A stretch of 64,000 nt of DNA. Source: an uncultured euryarchaeote (GTDB taxonomy: Archaea; Thermoplasmatota; Poseidoniia; Poseidoniales; Poseidoniaceae). The notes under the pieces were generated by a model, which was given only the letters and a program-made list of their open reading frames with translations, was not told the DNA's origin and made no database searches. How positions within the stretch are numbered: position 1 is the first letter of the stretch; each line of letters begins with the position of its first letter. This document shows, in pieces, positions 28,467-38,532 of the stretch. Location: the NCBI GenBank assembly GCA_937899865.1, contig CALBRH010000051.1, forward strand, positions 96,001 to 160,000, in the 5' to 3' direction. The translations under genes and the position numbers were made by a program.

Positions 28467-29246
28467 ATGGCTTCAGATTTGTTGTTGTTCCAAATCTCAA
28501 GTGTTTCTGCCTTAATTGGTATGACTCTTGGTTGGCGTGGAGTAATGACAAGATATTCGGGATTTTATGATTTACCGACTGCATGGAGCAATATTTTCTG
28601 GGGTATTTTGCTTGGTGGGATATATGCTTCACAGATTTATTCTCAAATCATCATACCAAACATCGAGTTTGAAGCGACTAATGAAACTGTAGTCAATCCT
28701 TTGAATTTGATTTTGTTATGCCTTATAGCATCAATTGTTGCCCATTTTATTCTTAGAAGAAATAGAGTGCGTTCAGGTAGCTCACAAACTACCAGTGGTT
28801 GGGCTTTGGGGTTGGCCATTGGAGGCATGTTTGGCATGGTTGTAGTCTATGCTGTCTTGCGTTTGTCAGAGTTTAATTTCCAACTAATTCTAACTGTTGC
28901 ATTACTTAGCATAATGGCACCTAGATGTGAAGCGATTATTTCATCTTATCAAGGACAAATGATGTTAATGGGCAGGAAGTGGGGTGCAATTCTTAGAGCA
29001 ACAATGTGGAGATGTGGTTACGTAGTTATGTTTGCATACGTATTGTCTGCTCCGATTGGTTGGATTTTCATAATCCCAGTTATGCTAATTGCCAATAGGG
29101 CATCTGAAGATTGGATCTGGAATTCAATACCTAAAGAAGGTAAAAAACAACTTCGTAAAATTTGGGCACGTCAAGCAAGAGAGAGGAAATTAGCCAAGAT
29201 TTCGAGTAGTTTACCAAGCACATCTTCGGTAAATGAAAGTGAGTAG
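28467..29246 (+). CDS. Hypothetical multi-pass membrane protein
   Basis: About 6-7 hydrophobic segments; no family recognised. Confidence 0.7.
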   Translation: MASDLLLFQISSVSALIGMTLGWRGVMTRYSGFYDLPTAWSNIFWGILLGGIYASQIYSQIIIPNIEFEATNETVVNPLNLILLCLIASIVAHFILRRNRVRSGSSQTTSGWALGLAIGGMFGMVVVYAVLRLSEFNFQLILTVALLSIMAPRCEAIISSYQGQMMLMGRKWGAILRATMWRCGYVVMFAYVLSAPIGWIFIIPVMLIANRASEDWIWNSIPKEGKKQLRKIWARQARERKLAKISSSLPSTSSVNESE

Positions 29247-29341
29247 TTACTTACTTAACTCATTGATTTTGATTTAGACGGAATTTTAGATTACTTACAA
29301 AATAAACACTTTGTAGGATATCCGCAGGCAACCGTTATACA

Positions 29342-30922
29342 ATGTCGTCAAAGCCGAGTAACATGGGTAACTGCCCCTATTGTAGGAGTGTCACTCTTCC
29401 GGGCGACACAATTTGTTACACATGTGGTAGAGTATTGGCAAATATTAAGTCAAAACAATTTGCTGCAGAACAGCAATTCAATCAAGGTTCAATTGAAACT
29501 ACTTACTTGAAAACTAAAAAACCAACAAGGCCAGGAGTAGTTCAAACTCATACTGGCAGAAGAAAAAACATACTCAAGCGAAGAAAAAACCGATTTAGGA
29601 GTGTGGTTATGTTGGGCTTAGTTGCTTTCATTATGCTATCGCCTCAGGCTAGAGAAGTAGTATTCAATAAATGGGCTGGAATTAGTGAGTATATACAATT
29701 AGCAGCTGCACCATATCACTTGTATCCGATAGAATCTACTTACACTGTAGGAAAAACTATCGATGTAGTCAATAATGGTGGTGAGAGCTACTTAAGTGAA
29801 GATCTTGCAATACCAAGAGATATATCTACTCTTGAAGGTGAGTCAACAATGTTTGAGTATACTGATGATCGTGATCCATTACTGACTCAGTCAATCCAGA
29901 CTATAAATCAAATTGAATTGATCTTGAATGGAGTTTCATACGGAATACCACTTCTTGGTGAACCTGCAAGAATGCCTGATGATAAATTGATAACACCTGA
30001 TGGGCATGAAATTTGGTGGCCTGGAGTCGGTATAGGTGATGATATGTGTAATGTGGACATATGTGTAAAAGTCTACCTAAATTTGGACCCTGGGGAAACT
30101 GCATCTTTCACATATGCGGTTTCTCTTACTAGCACATCTTATTCATGGTGGTCATCATCAAGAGTTGATTCTCGTGTCGACGGCAGTTCAAATGGAATAA
30201 ATGTAGATCGTAGTGGTGACTTTTCAGATATCGTTGACCGTGGTGGTGGTATAAAAGCTGCTCAATTCACATCATCGACATGGTATAACAAAAATCGATT
30301 TGATTATGCAATCAATGGTCAAGATGCAATTGTCACCTCTACTGCACAAACGATTTCTGCATCCCTACCAGAGGGTCGTTCAACTAACGCATATGCTTTT
30401 GCAAGGGCGACATTTGACTATCTGCATGCTAATATCCTATATGACAAAAATGCGCCTGTAGTAGCACGGAGTGGACCTTCTTGTTTGGCAGCAGGAGTAG
30501 GAGATTGTGATGAACAGACAAATGCCTTTTTCTCAATTCTAAGAACTAAAATGATTCCAGGTTGGTACGTTTTTGGTGCACTAACTGATTCGACATTTAA
30601 CTACTGGGAAGCCCATGCTTGGGGCTACATATTACTACCAATGAATGACGAATGGTGTGCTGAAAGAAACATTGTATTGGATGACTGTTTTGTTGAAGGT
30701 TCAGTGGATGTCGTAAATAATAAATGGTTACTTCACACGCCTACAGCATTCATCGATTGGATTGAAGAAGCAGATGCAACTGGAAATCTGATAAATAATT
30801 ACTACAGACCAGGCAGTCATGGCAATGATGTTGACAGAACACGATCATTTTCAACGTTGGATGTTCCTGAAACAACAGGTGGGACATATCAAATCAAGAA
30901 ACTTGCAGAAAATTTGAGGTGA
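29342..30922 (+). CDS. Transglutaminase-like membrane protein with N-terminal Zn ribbon
   Basis: CPYC-x10-CYTC, basic stretch and TM, then GDCDEQ, AHAW and a downstream Asp. Confidence 0.7.
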   Translation: MSSKPSNMGNCPYCRSVTLPGDTICYTCGRVLANIKSKQFAAEQQFNQGSIETTYLKTKKPTRPGVVQTHTGRRKNILKRRKNRFRSVVMLGLVAFIMLSPQAREVVFNKWAGISEYIQLAAAPYHLYPIESTYTVGKTIDVVNNGGESYLSEDLAIPRDISTLEGESTMFEYTDDRDPLLTQSIQTINQIELILNGVSYGIPLLGEPARMPDDKLITPDGHEIWWPGVGIGDDMCNVDICVKVYLNLDPGETASFTYAVSLTSTSYSWWSSSRVDSRVDGSSNGINVDRSGDFSDIVDRGGGIKAAQFTSSTWYNKNRFDYAINGQDAIVTSTAQTISASLPEGRSTNAYAFARATFDYLHANILYDKNAPVVARSGPSCLAAGVGDCDEQTNAFFSILRTKMIPGWYVFGALTDSTFNYWEAHAWGYILLPMNDEWCAERNIVLDDCFVEGSVDVVNNKWLLHTPTAFIDWIEEADATGNLINNYYRPGSHGNDVDRTRSFSTLDVPETTGGTYQIKKLAENLR

Positions 30923-30926
30923 TAAC

Positions 30927-32345
30927 TTGAGAATAATTATTGGTGGTGCCGGCAGAGTTGGTACGGAACTAGCTAGAGCCCTAAGGGCGGAAGAAATGGA
31001 CGTAGTCTTAGTTGATTCAGATTCAAGAGCAGTAAAAAATGCTCAAAACTTGGATGTTTTGGTAATCCATGGAGATTTGACTACAAGAGAAAAATTGAAT
31101 GAAGCAGGAATTGGTGAAGCAGAGATATTTGTTGCAGCGACAAACTCTGATGAAAGAAATCTGCTTGCATGCGCCCTTGCAGAACATGCTCATTACCAAT
31201 ATGCAGGGTCAAAGGCCAAACCATTACTTTCTATTTCCCGAATAAGGAATATGAATTATTTAGAAGAGCAAAAACAGGGATATCTAACTAATTGGGCAAA
31301 GGTAAATCATGTAGTTAATCCATTAGATAGTGCAATCAAAAGATTACATACAGGTCTTAGATCATCCTCGATTGAGGAAGTTATTCCTTTTGGCCATGAT
31401 TCATACATTATCGAATTCAATGTAACAAAAAGTGCTGAAGGCATTGTGTTTAATACATTAAAGGAAGCAAATGCTTCGATAGATGGAGAGTTACCACTTA
31501 TTATTGGAGTAAAGAGAGTTGGAGAAAAAAGCGTTGTACCAGATGGAGATTTTGTTTTAATGCCAAATGACACTATTGCTGTAGCAACAAATGGCCTGTC
31601 AAGTTTTAACCGAATTTTGAATATTTTTGGTCATGAAGCTACAGATTTCCCAATATCCCCTAAAGTTGCTATCATAGGTGCAAATAGAATTGGTCAAATG
31701 ATTGCTGAAAATTGGTTGATGAATGGTGCAAAGGTTACTGTCATAGAAAGAGATTTACAACTGGCAAATGAATTCTCTGCAACCCATATTGGATCAAATC
31801 CCAACCTTGAGGTGATTCATGGAGACCATCTTGACCGAGACATCTTAACTGAAGTTGGAATACCAGAACATCATATTGCAATTGCAGCATTAGAATCTGA
31901 CCATGATAGTATTGCTGCTGCTTTACTTGCAAGTGACATGGGAGTCAATCGTACAGGATTATTGCTTAATGATGCTGATTTGGTAAAAGTAACCCAAAGA
32001 ATGGGTATAACATTTGCAGTTGATAGAAAACGTGTTGCTGTTGATAATATCTTAGCTCATATACATACTAAAGCAGCAGGTGCATATGCAGTATTGTCAA
32101 ATGTTCCTAATATTGTTGGGATAAGTATGAGGGTTGATTCAGCGCATAAATTTTCCAACATGAGAATCTCGGATGCAGGATTTAGTGAGTGGATGAGAAT
32201 AGCATTCATTCAAAGAAGAACTGTTGATGGTATTTGGGAGAATCTTAGACCTGCTCCTGAAAAATTACTGTTACCTGAAGATAACTTGATCATTTTTACC
32301 AGCCCAGATAAAGTTGCTGAACTTGAACGGAAATTCAAGGTGTAA
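30927..32345 (+). CDS. trkA: Trk K+ uptake system, NAD-binding regulatory subunit
   Basis: IIGGAGRVG, ATNSDERN, second RCK module IIGANRIG; TTG start after GAGGTGA. Confidence 0.9.
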   Translation: MRIIIGGAGRVGTELARALRAEEMDVVLVDSDSRAVKNAQNLDVLVIHGDLTTREKLNEAGIGEAEIFVAATNSDERNLLACALAEHAHYQYAGSKAKPLLSISRIRNMNYLEEQKQGYLTNWAKVNHVVNPLDSAIKRLHTGLRSSSIEEVIPFGHDSYIIEFNVTKSAEGIVFNTLKEANASIDGELPLIIGVKRVGEKSVVPDGDFVLMPNDTIAVATNGLSSFNRILNIFGHEATDFPISPKVAIIGANRIGQMIAENWLMNGAKVTVIERDLQLANEFSATHIGSNPNLEVIHGDHLDRDILTEVGIPEHHIAIAALESDHDSIAAALLASDMGVNRTGLLLNDADLVKVTQRMGITFAVDRKRVAVDNILAHIHTKAAGAYAVLSNVPNIVGISMRVDSAHKFSNMRISDAGFSEWMRIAFIQRRTVDGIWENLRPAPEKLLLPEDNLIIFTSPDKVAELERKFKV

Positions 32346-32347
32346 AC

Positions 32348-33964
32348 ATGCGTTTTGATGTACTTAGCCTGATTCTTGGATGGACCTTAATTGCGATTAG
32401 CATCCCATTGTTTATCTGCAGTTTAATCACCATATGGTTAGATGATTTTGAAATGGCCATGAAGGCTTTTCTGATTCCAATTATTCTGTCACCAACAATA
32501 GGTAGTTTGATGCTTAAATTTGGTACTCGCAGTGACACTCCTGAAAGGCTTAGAGACCGTGAAGCGTTTGCTGCAGTCGCATTAATTTATCCAATTGTAG
32601 TATTCATTGGATTATTTCCATATTGGCTTGGTGGAGTTTTTGTTGGACCTTTTACTGCAGATGCAAATTTAATCGATATTGCTCGTGGAGCAGTAAATTC
32701 TTGGTTTGAATCGATGTCTGGATTTACTACCACTGGTGCTACTGTAATTTCACATAACATGAGTCCTAATTGTATACCTGGAGTCACAGTTGATTGTATT
32801 AATGCTCAACCGAGGGGAATCTTGCTGTGGCGTTCCATTACTCAATGGTTAGGTGGTATGGGTATCATTATGTTAGGTATGATGTTGTTATCAAGAGTTA
32901 TGGGGGGTGGAATGGCTCTGGCTAGGGCAGAGTTAACTGGTCCATCATTGTCAAGGCTAAGACCCAAATTGAAGGAAACAGCATTTGCATTATGGATTAT
33001 CTACATTGGTTTGACGGTTTTTGAAATGTTTCTATTACACTTTATTGGCCAAATGTCACTTTTTGACGCTGTAAATCACGGATTTACCACCATGGCAACT
33101 GGTGGTTTTTCAACAAGAGATGCAAGTATTGGATATTATGATTCTTTGACAATTGAGGCAATAATCATTGTTTTCATGTTTGTTGGCGGCATTAATTTTA
33201 CCTTAATCTGGTTCTTGATCGCTAGAGAATTTATGAAAGCATTTTCTGATGAAGAGTTCAAGACTTATCTTGTGTATATCTTCACTGCAGTTTTATTCAT
33301 GATGGTAGCATTAATTTCAACCAATATATCTCCAACTGATTCATTGAGACAGAGTTTGTTCCAAGCAATTTCAATTGGAACATCTACTGGTTACACAACA
33401 CAAGATTATACAACTTGGCCTGTTATAACTCAATTTGTACTGATGATTTTGATGATTGTTGGAGCTTGTGCTGGTTCCACTAGTGGTGGATTAAAATTAA
33501 TGAGGATTATTCTTGCTTTCAAAGTAGCAATGAGAGAATTGGTTAGAATTGCCCAACCAAGAAAAATCAAGCAGATTAGAATGAATGGCGAAGTTGTAGA
33601 ACCTCAACAAATTGACAAGATTGTCGGAATGTTATTTGTTTGGATTGGTCTTTTTGGAATTTCAAGTATATTGTTGGCAATTTTGATGTTAGATGAATCA
33701 TTTGAAAGCATTATAGGAATTACTGCATCATCTCTAGGTAATACTGGACCTGCTCTAGGTTCTTATGGTCCAAGTAGTACTTGGTCACCATTAAATTCTG
33801 GAGTTTTGATATTTACATCGATATTGATGTGGTTTGGTAGATTAGAATTATTGACAGTGGTTATCTTGCTCCATCCAAGGACTTGGCAGGATGAAAATAA
33901 AGAACATAGTGATCGAAGGGCACTTGCACTGTTTAAGAGAATGATTCCTGGGCGGAAATTATAG
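32348..33964 (+). CDS. trkH: Trk K+ uptake system, membrane subunit
   Basis: FESMSGFTTTGAT, QWLGGMG, TMATGGFS, GTSTGYT, GACAGSTSGGLK, LGNTGP, MWFGRLE. Confidence 0.95.
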   Translation: MRFDVLSLILGWTLIAISIPLFICSLITIWLDDFEMAMKAFLIPIILSPTIGSLMLKFGTRSDTPERLRDREAFAAVALIYPIVVFIGLFPYWLGGVFVGPFTADANLIDIARGAVNSWFESMSGFTTTGATVISHNMSPNCIPGVTVDCINAQPRGILLWRSITQWLGGMGIIMLGMMLLSRVMGGGMALARAELTGPSLSRLRPKLKETAFALWIIYIGLTVFEMFLLHFIGQMSLFDAVNHGFTTMATGGFSTRDASIGYYDSLTIEAIIIVFMFVGGINFTLIWFLIAREFMKAFSDEEFKTYLVYIFTAVLFMMVALISTNISPTDSLRQSLFQAISIGTSTGYTTQDYTTWPVITQFVLMILMIVGACAGSTSGGLKLMRIILAFKVAMRELVRIAQPRKIKQIRMNGEVVEPQQIDKIVGMLFVWIGLFGISSILLAILMLDESFESIIGITASSLGNTGPALGSYGPSSTWSPLNSGVLIFTSILMWFGRLELLTVVILLHPRTWQDENKEHSDRRALALFKRMIPGRKL

Positions 33965-33966
33965 TT

Positions 33967-35484
33967 TCAAAATAAAGTTCGTTGACCTTTATTTGGTTTT
34001 GATTCTTCAATTATTTCTTCATCTGATTGGATATCCTCTAAAACAGCAATTTCATTGATATTGCTTTGTTCTGATTCTATTAGATTATATCGAGCAACTA
34101 ATTCTTTGGTAGATTTTCTACTCTTAGGCAAGCCACAAAGAGCAGCATGTTCATCCCCTGTTAGGCCAAGGTCAATTGAAATTGTAAAATCATCAATATT
34201 TCCAACTTCAGAGGTTTCAGAATGCAAAGAAATCAGTAAAGGTAGTAATTCTTCGCGTACTGATGATTTACTTGCTCCAGTAATGTCAGTTAAGCGATTA
34301 ATAATTGTTGAACGACCTTGAGTTGAGCCACGACGAAGGAAATTTGGATAACTTGGATATAATTTTCCCGTCAAATCTTGCTGATTGACAACAGATGCTG
34401 CTAGTCCAGATATTTGTGAAGACCAATACCACGAACGATGTGCAGTATTTTGATACATTGACATAAGCATTTTTGATGACTGACATAGTGCCCTATTGCC
34501 TCGATCAATTGCTTTTTTATTTGTAAAAATTGATGGGTTATTCCAATGAATCCAATTTAATAATTCAGATGGAGCTTTATCAATTGAAATTCCAAGTTTA
34601 ATTGCATCATGTGCATGATTTGATTTGTATAATTCTGACAGACCAGGGAAAACTTCTACTGAAACATCCCTTTCACTTAATTCAACATATTGCATCACAG
34701 CATCTTTATCTATAGAATTTATACCGGATGCGCAAATAACCTGTAAATCTCTCACAAGTGCTCTTAAGTCACCAGGATTGTTGTTAGTGAGAGCCTCAAT
34801 TGCTGCTGTATCATATTCAATACTTTCCGATTTTAATACTCTTCTTGCAATATTGCGTAGAGCATCTTTACTAGCCCTTTCAAAATTAATAGTCATTAAT
34901 AATCTTTGAAATCTTTCCCTAGTGGAGCGCCAATTAGAAGATTTACCCCATAGACCCATCACTTCATTGCAAGCAAGTATCACTGGCTGCTTAGTTTCAG
35001 CTAACAATTTCAATAACTCTGCTTTACCACCAGTATCACCCTTCAATTGGACTGCTTCAGATGGATCTGCATTTACCTTAATGGCATCATTAATTCTTGT
35101 TTCACTAACTGAACGCAACCCACCAGAAAGATGGTCAACCTCATCAATTAAAATTAGAGTTTTTTTGTCATTCTCATCGGGATTAAAGAAAAGTGATCGA
35201 TGTGTTGCTCCTTTAGTAGCAGCTTTTCTAATCGAAGCAGCGTTTCTAGCATCTGATGCATTTAATTCAATCACATTCCAACCCATGTCTTGTGCAATCG
35301 CTCTTGCCACTGTTGTTTTTCCTACACCAGGAGGACCAACTAACAATATCGCCTTATTTTTAGGAACTCCATTCTTCCAGTCATCTAGCCATTTTCGAAT
35401 CTTTTGTCGCTGAGTTTCATTTCCCTCGAGATGACTTTCTGAGGTTGGACGATGTCTTTCAGTCCAATCGGAAACATCGGCCAT
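33967..35484 (-). CDS. rfcL: Replication factor C large subunit
   Basis: WTERHRP, GPPGVGKTT, IELNASDARN, LIDEVD, ILACN, GDLR, basic/acidic tail ending QRTLF (PIP-box-like). Confidence 0.92.
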   Translation of the reverse strand: MADVSDWTERHRPTSESHLEGNETQRQKIRKWLDDWKNGVPKNKAILLVGPPGVGKTTVARAIAQDMGWNVIELNASDARNAASIRKAATKGATHRSLFFNPDENDKKTLILIDEVDHLSGGLRSVSETRINDAIKVNADPSEAVQLKGDTGGKAELLKLLAETKQPVILACNEVMGLWGKSSNWRSTRERFQRLLMTINFERASKDALRNIARRVLKSESIEYDTAAIEALTNNNPGDLRALVRDLQVICASGINSIDKDAVMQYVELSERDVSVEVFPGLSELYKSNHAHDAIKLGISIDKAPSELLNWIHWNNPSIFTNKKAIDRGNRALCQSSKMLMSMYQNTAHRSWYWSSQISGLAASVVNQQDLTGKLYPSYPNFLRRGSTQGRSTIINRLTDITGASKSSVREELLPLLISLHSETSEVGNIDDFTISIDLGLTGDEHAALCGLPKSRKSTKELVARYNLIESEQSNINEIAVLEDIQSDEEIIEESKPNKGQRTLF

Positions 35485-35548
35485 AACTTCACCCTTTGGT
35501 GAAGGTTATTCAATTTTGACAAAATCAAATTCACTTTTTAGCAAATAA

Positions 35549-37228
35549 TTACAGTTCATTGATTGGAACACGTGTTTGTTCTCCTGTATCTCTTTGTCTA
35601 ACTGTGACTGTAGCGTCTTCCAAAGATTGGTGGTCAACAGTAATACAGAATGGAATTCCTATTTCATCTGCCCTTGCATATCTGCGACCTATTGAACCAC
35701 TGGAATCATATGTGGAAACTATGCCTGATTTTTCATTGAGTTTGTTGTTTATTTCCAATGCTAATTGCCCCATTCCATCTTTTTCGAATAGTGGGAATAC
35801 TGAATAATCTACTGGTACAACATTAGGATTTAATTTCATCAAAGTGTAATTTTCTCCTTGCTTAGTAGTTTCTTCAAACGCATGATCAAGTATATGCCAA
35901 ATAATCCTATCAATACCAAATGCTGGTTCCACTACGTGAGGTATAAACCATTCACCAGTAATTGTATCATTTCTTTGTAACCTTTTTACATGTTCTTCGT
36001 TGACTACAATTGTAGTCCCATCAATCTCTATTTCATGGGGAAATTTAGTTTCAGCAGGAAGTTTTTCTACGGCGATTTTCACCTTGCCAGCAAGTGACCT
36101 AAACGCAGGGCCAGCGACTGCTCCGTCTATTGTCCAACCATCAATAATTACTTCTTTTGGAGTTTCAAATTCTCTCCTTGCTCGCAATGTTTTACCTGTA
36201 TATTTTTCATGCGCTTCAAGATCATAACAACCACGATGAGCAATACCAACGCATTCTATCCATCCATAAGAACCATGAATTTCTGCATCCCAACAATCTG
36301 TAGCATAATGAGCCATTTCATTTGATTCATGCTGTCTAAACCTAATTCTTGTTGGATCTATACCAACGTTAATCAAAAAATCAAAGGTTTTGCCGATGAA
36401 ATAACCGACGGTTGCATGCCTTACTAAGCCTAATTCAACAGCTTCCTGAATAGAAATATTTACTTCGCCACGATCTTCACTAATCATTGTAAAAACAACA
36501 TTTGACCAAGAATTAAAATCATGATTAACCGGCATTTCTGGATCAATGAAATATTCTAACTCAGCCATATTGAATTCTCGTAATCTTATCATCCCTTGGC
36601 GTGGTGAGATTTCATTACGATAACCTTTCCCAACTTGAACAGCACCAAATGGTAACTTTTCTCTAAAATGACGGTATAATGAAGGGAATGAAGTAAACAT
36701 TCCCTGAGCAGTCTCAGGACGAAGGAAACCATTACGACCAGAATTTCCAGCACCAATTTTGGTATTGAACATTAGGTTTTGAGCCGAAACTTTGGACCAA
36801 TTGATGGTTTCACAATATGGGCAAGATGGTGAAACTTTAGCAATCAATTCATCAAGTTCATCCTTTGATAAAGCATCTGGATTAGGGTGAGAATTCTCTA
36901 ACAATGTATCTGCTCGACTTGCTTCTTCACAATCCAAACATGTAGTCATAAAATCTGAAAATTCACTGACATGGCCGCTAGCCTCAAGAACTTCAAATGG
37001 AGTAATTGTTGGACAAGATATTTCAGATATATTACCCAATGAAAGCCAGTGTTCTAACCACATTTGGTTTACTCTATTGCGAAGTCTACCTCCATTTGGT
37101 CCAAAATCATACAAACCCTTTGAGCCACCATGTATTTCGAAAGCAGGAAGAATGAAACCTCGTCGTTTCAGCATGCCAGACATACGTTCTAGTCTCGCTC
37201 CAGAATCTTCTACCATCGCCCTTACCAT
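35549..37228 (-). CDS. glyS: Glycyl-tRNA synthetase (homodimeric archaeal/eukaryotic type)
   Basis: YDFGPNG, LRPETAQGMF, YRNEISPRQGMIRLREFNMAE, HYATDCWD, EPAFGIDR, GSIGRRYARADEIG. Start may be ATG 37216. Confidence 0.97.
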   Translation of the reverse strand: MVRAMVEDSGARLERMSGMLKRRGFILPAFEIHGGSKGLYDFGPNGGRLRNRVNQMWLEHWLSLGNISEISCPTITPFEVLEASGHVSEFSDFMTTCLDCEEASRADTLLENSHPNPDALSKDELDELIAKVSPSCPYCETINWSKVSAQNLMFNTKIGAGNSGRNGFLRPETAQGMFTSFPSLYRHFREKLPFGAVQVGKGYRNEISPRQGMIRLREFNMAELEYFIDPEMPVNHDFNSWSNVVFTMISEDRGEVNISIQEAVELGLVRHATVGYFIGKTFDFLINVGIDPTRIRFRQHESNEMAHYATDCWDAEIHGSYGWIECVGIAHRGCYDLEAHEKYTGKTLRARREFETPKEVIIDGWTIDGAVAGPAFRSLAGKVKIAVEKLPAETKFPHEIEIDGTTIVVNEEHVKRLQRNDTITGEWFIPHVVEPAFGIDRIIWHILDHAFEETTKQGENYTLMKLNPNVVPVDYSVFPLFEKDGMGQLALEINNKLNEKSGIVSTYDSSGSIGRRYARADEIGIPFCITVDHQSLEDATVTVRQRDTGEQTRVPINEL

Positions 37229-37325
37229 GATGGTCGTGTAGTTTCTTACCTTTGAAATTGACCATTGATATCAATAATTTATTGCCAATACGCATGGTTA
37301 AGAAGAGCCGCCGGCAGGGCCTAAC

Positions 37326-38426
37326 ATGGGAAATGAGTTTGATTATGATTGTATCATAATCGGCGGGGGTCCGGCAGGCAGTACTGTTGCAAGATATGCA
37401 GCTCAAGAAGGCATCAAAGTTCTTGTTGTTGATGCGAGAGATTCCATTGGTACACCATTGCAATGTGGGGAATTAGTACCAACAAATGATGAAATGAGAA
37501 GGCTATGTCCTGATGTTCCAGACATGGATGACTTATTCAAAACACCAAGTCATGCAATTTCTAGAAAATGTGACACCATGAACATCATAACTCCATCAGG
37601 AAAATCTCTTTCATATAATTTTGAAGGATTGATTTTGAATCGAGTAGCACATGATGAAGCATTAGTTGAGTTAGCAAAAGCAGCAGGAGCAGAATATTTG
37701 GTACAATCTTATGTGGAAAATGTTGAGCAAAATAGTGTCCACATTCGTGGTGGAAAAACTTACACTGCAAAGGTTATTGTTGGGGCTGGCGGGCATAATG
37801 ACCCCATTCGAAGAAAATACTGGAACTCTAAATCAGTCAACATACCAGTCAAATTTGAGTTGAAAGAAGGAGATTATGGAGATGCTGTAGAACTTCATTT
37901 TGGCTCTATGGCACCTGGAGGTTATGCATGGATGTTCCCAAAATCAGAAGGTGCAAATATTGGTTTAGGAATACAGAAAAGTTTTGCTAAGGGTAAATCT
38001 CTGAATAAATATTCCAGTGAATTTATTGACAAGTATGATGGTGAAACAACTTTCAAAGGTGCTGGTTCACTTCCAATGTCCGGAACAATAAAGCGATTTG
38101 TCAAAGATCATTTTGTTCTGGTAGGTGATTCTGCAGGCATGGTTTTGCCATCCAATGGTGCAGGAATTACAATAGCAATGGTAGGAGGTAGAATTGCTGG
38201 ACAAACTATTGCGAGACATATCAAAAATGGAGACCCATTAACAGATTACGAAAAGATTTGGCGAAAACAAATGGGTAGAGTTATGAAAAATTCTAAACGT
38301 TCATTCAAAATTGGTAGCATATTATTTCGAATGCCTGATAAATTGCTAGATTTGTTATTTAACAAATTAACCAAAGGGATTGTATGGAGAGCAGTGACCT
38401 GTCGGAGAATGTTTTGGATATTCTAA
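37326..38426 (+). CDS. Geranylgeranyl reductase family flavoprotein (likely lipid DGGGPL reductase)
   Basis: GGGPAGS, QCGE, APGGYAWMFP, VGDSAGMVLPSNGAGI. Confidence 0.88.
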   Translation: MGNEFDYDCIIIGGGPAGSTVARYAAQEGIKVLVVDARDSIGTPLQCGELVPTNDEMRRLCPDVPDMDDLFKTPSHAISRKCDTMNIITPSGKSLSYNFEGLILNRVAHDEALVELAKAAGAEYLVQSYVENVEQNSVHIRGGKTYTAKVIVGAGGHNDPIRRKYWNSKSVNIPVKFELKEGDYGDAVELHFGSMAPGGYAWMFPKSEGANIGLGIQKSFAKGKSLNKYSSEFIDKYDGETTFKGAGSLPMSGTIKRFVKDHFVLVGDSAGMVLPSNGAGITIAMVGGRIAGQTIARHIKNGDPLTDYEKIWRKQMGRVMKNSKRSFKIGSILFRMPDKLLDLLFNKLTKGIVWRAVTCRRMFWIF

Positions 38427-38532
38427 TCCAGTACTAATTACTACTTTTCAAAAATAATTTCACCGATTGATATAGGCGAAGTTTTGAAGTAGTTGTTGCA
38501 TCCAATGCGGACTATTGGGATAGGGAAATAAA

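Noticed and set aside
38441-38520. Imperfect inverted repeats between the reductase and lhr (ctacttttcaaaa/ttttgaagtag; ccaat/attgg)
   Set aside because: AT-rich and imperfect, within chance expectation; could be a terminator but unsupported.
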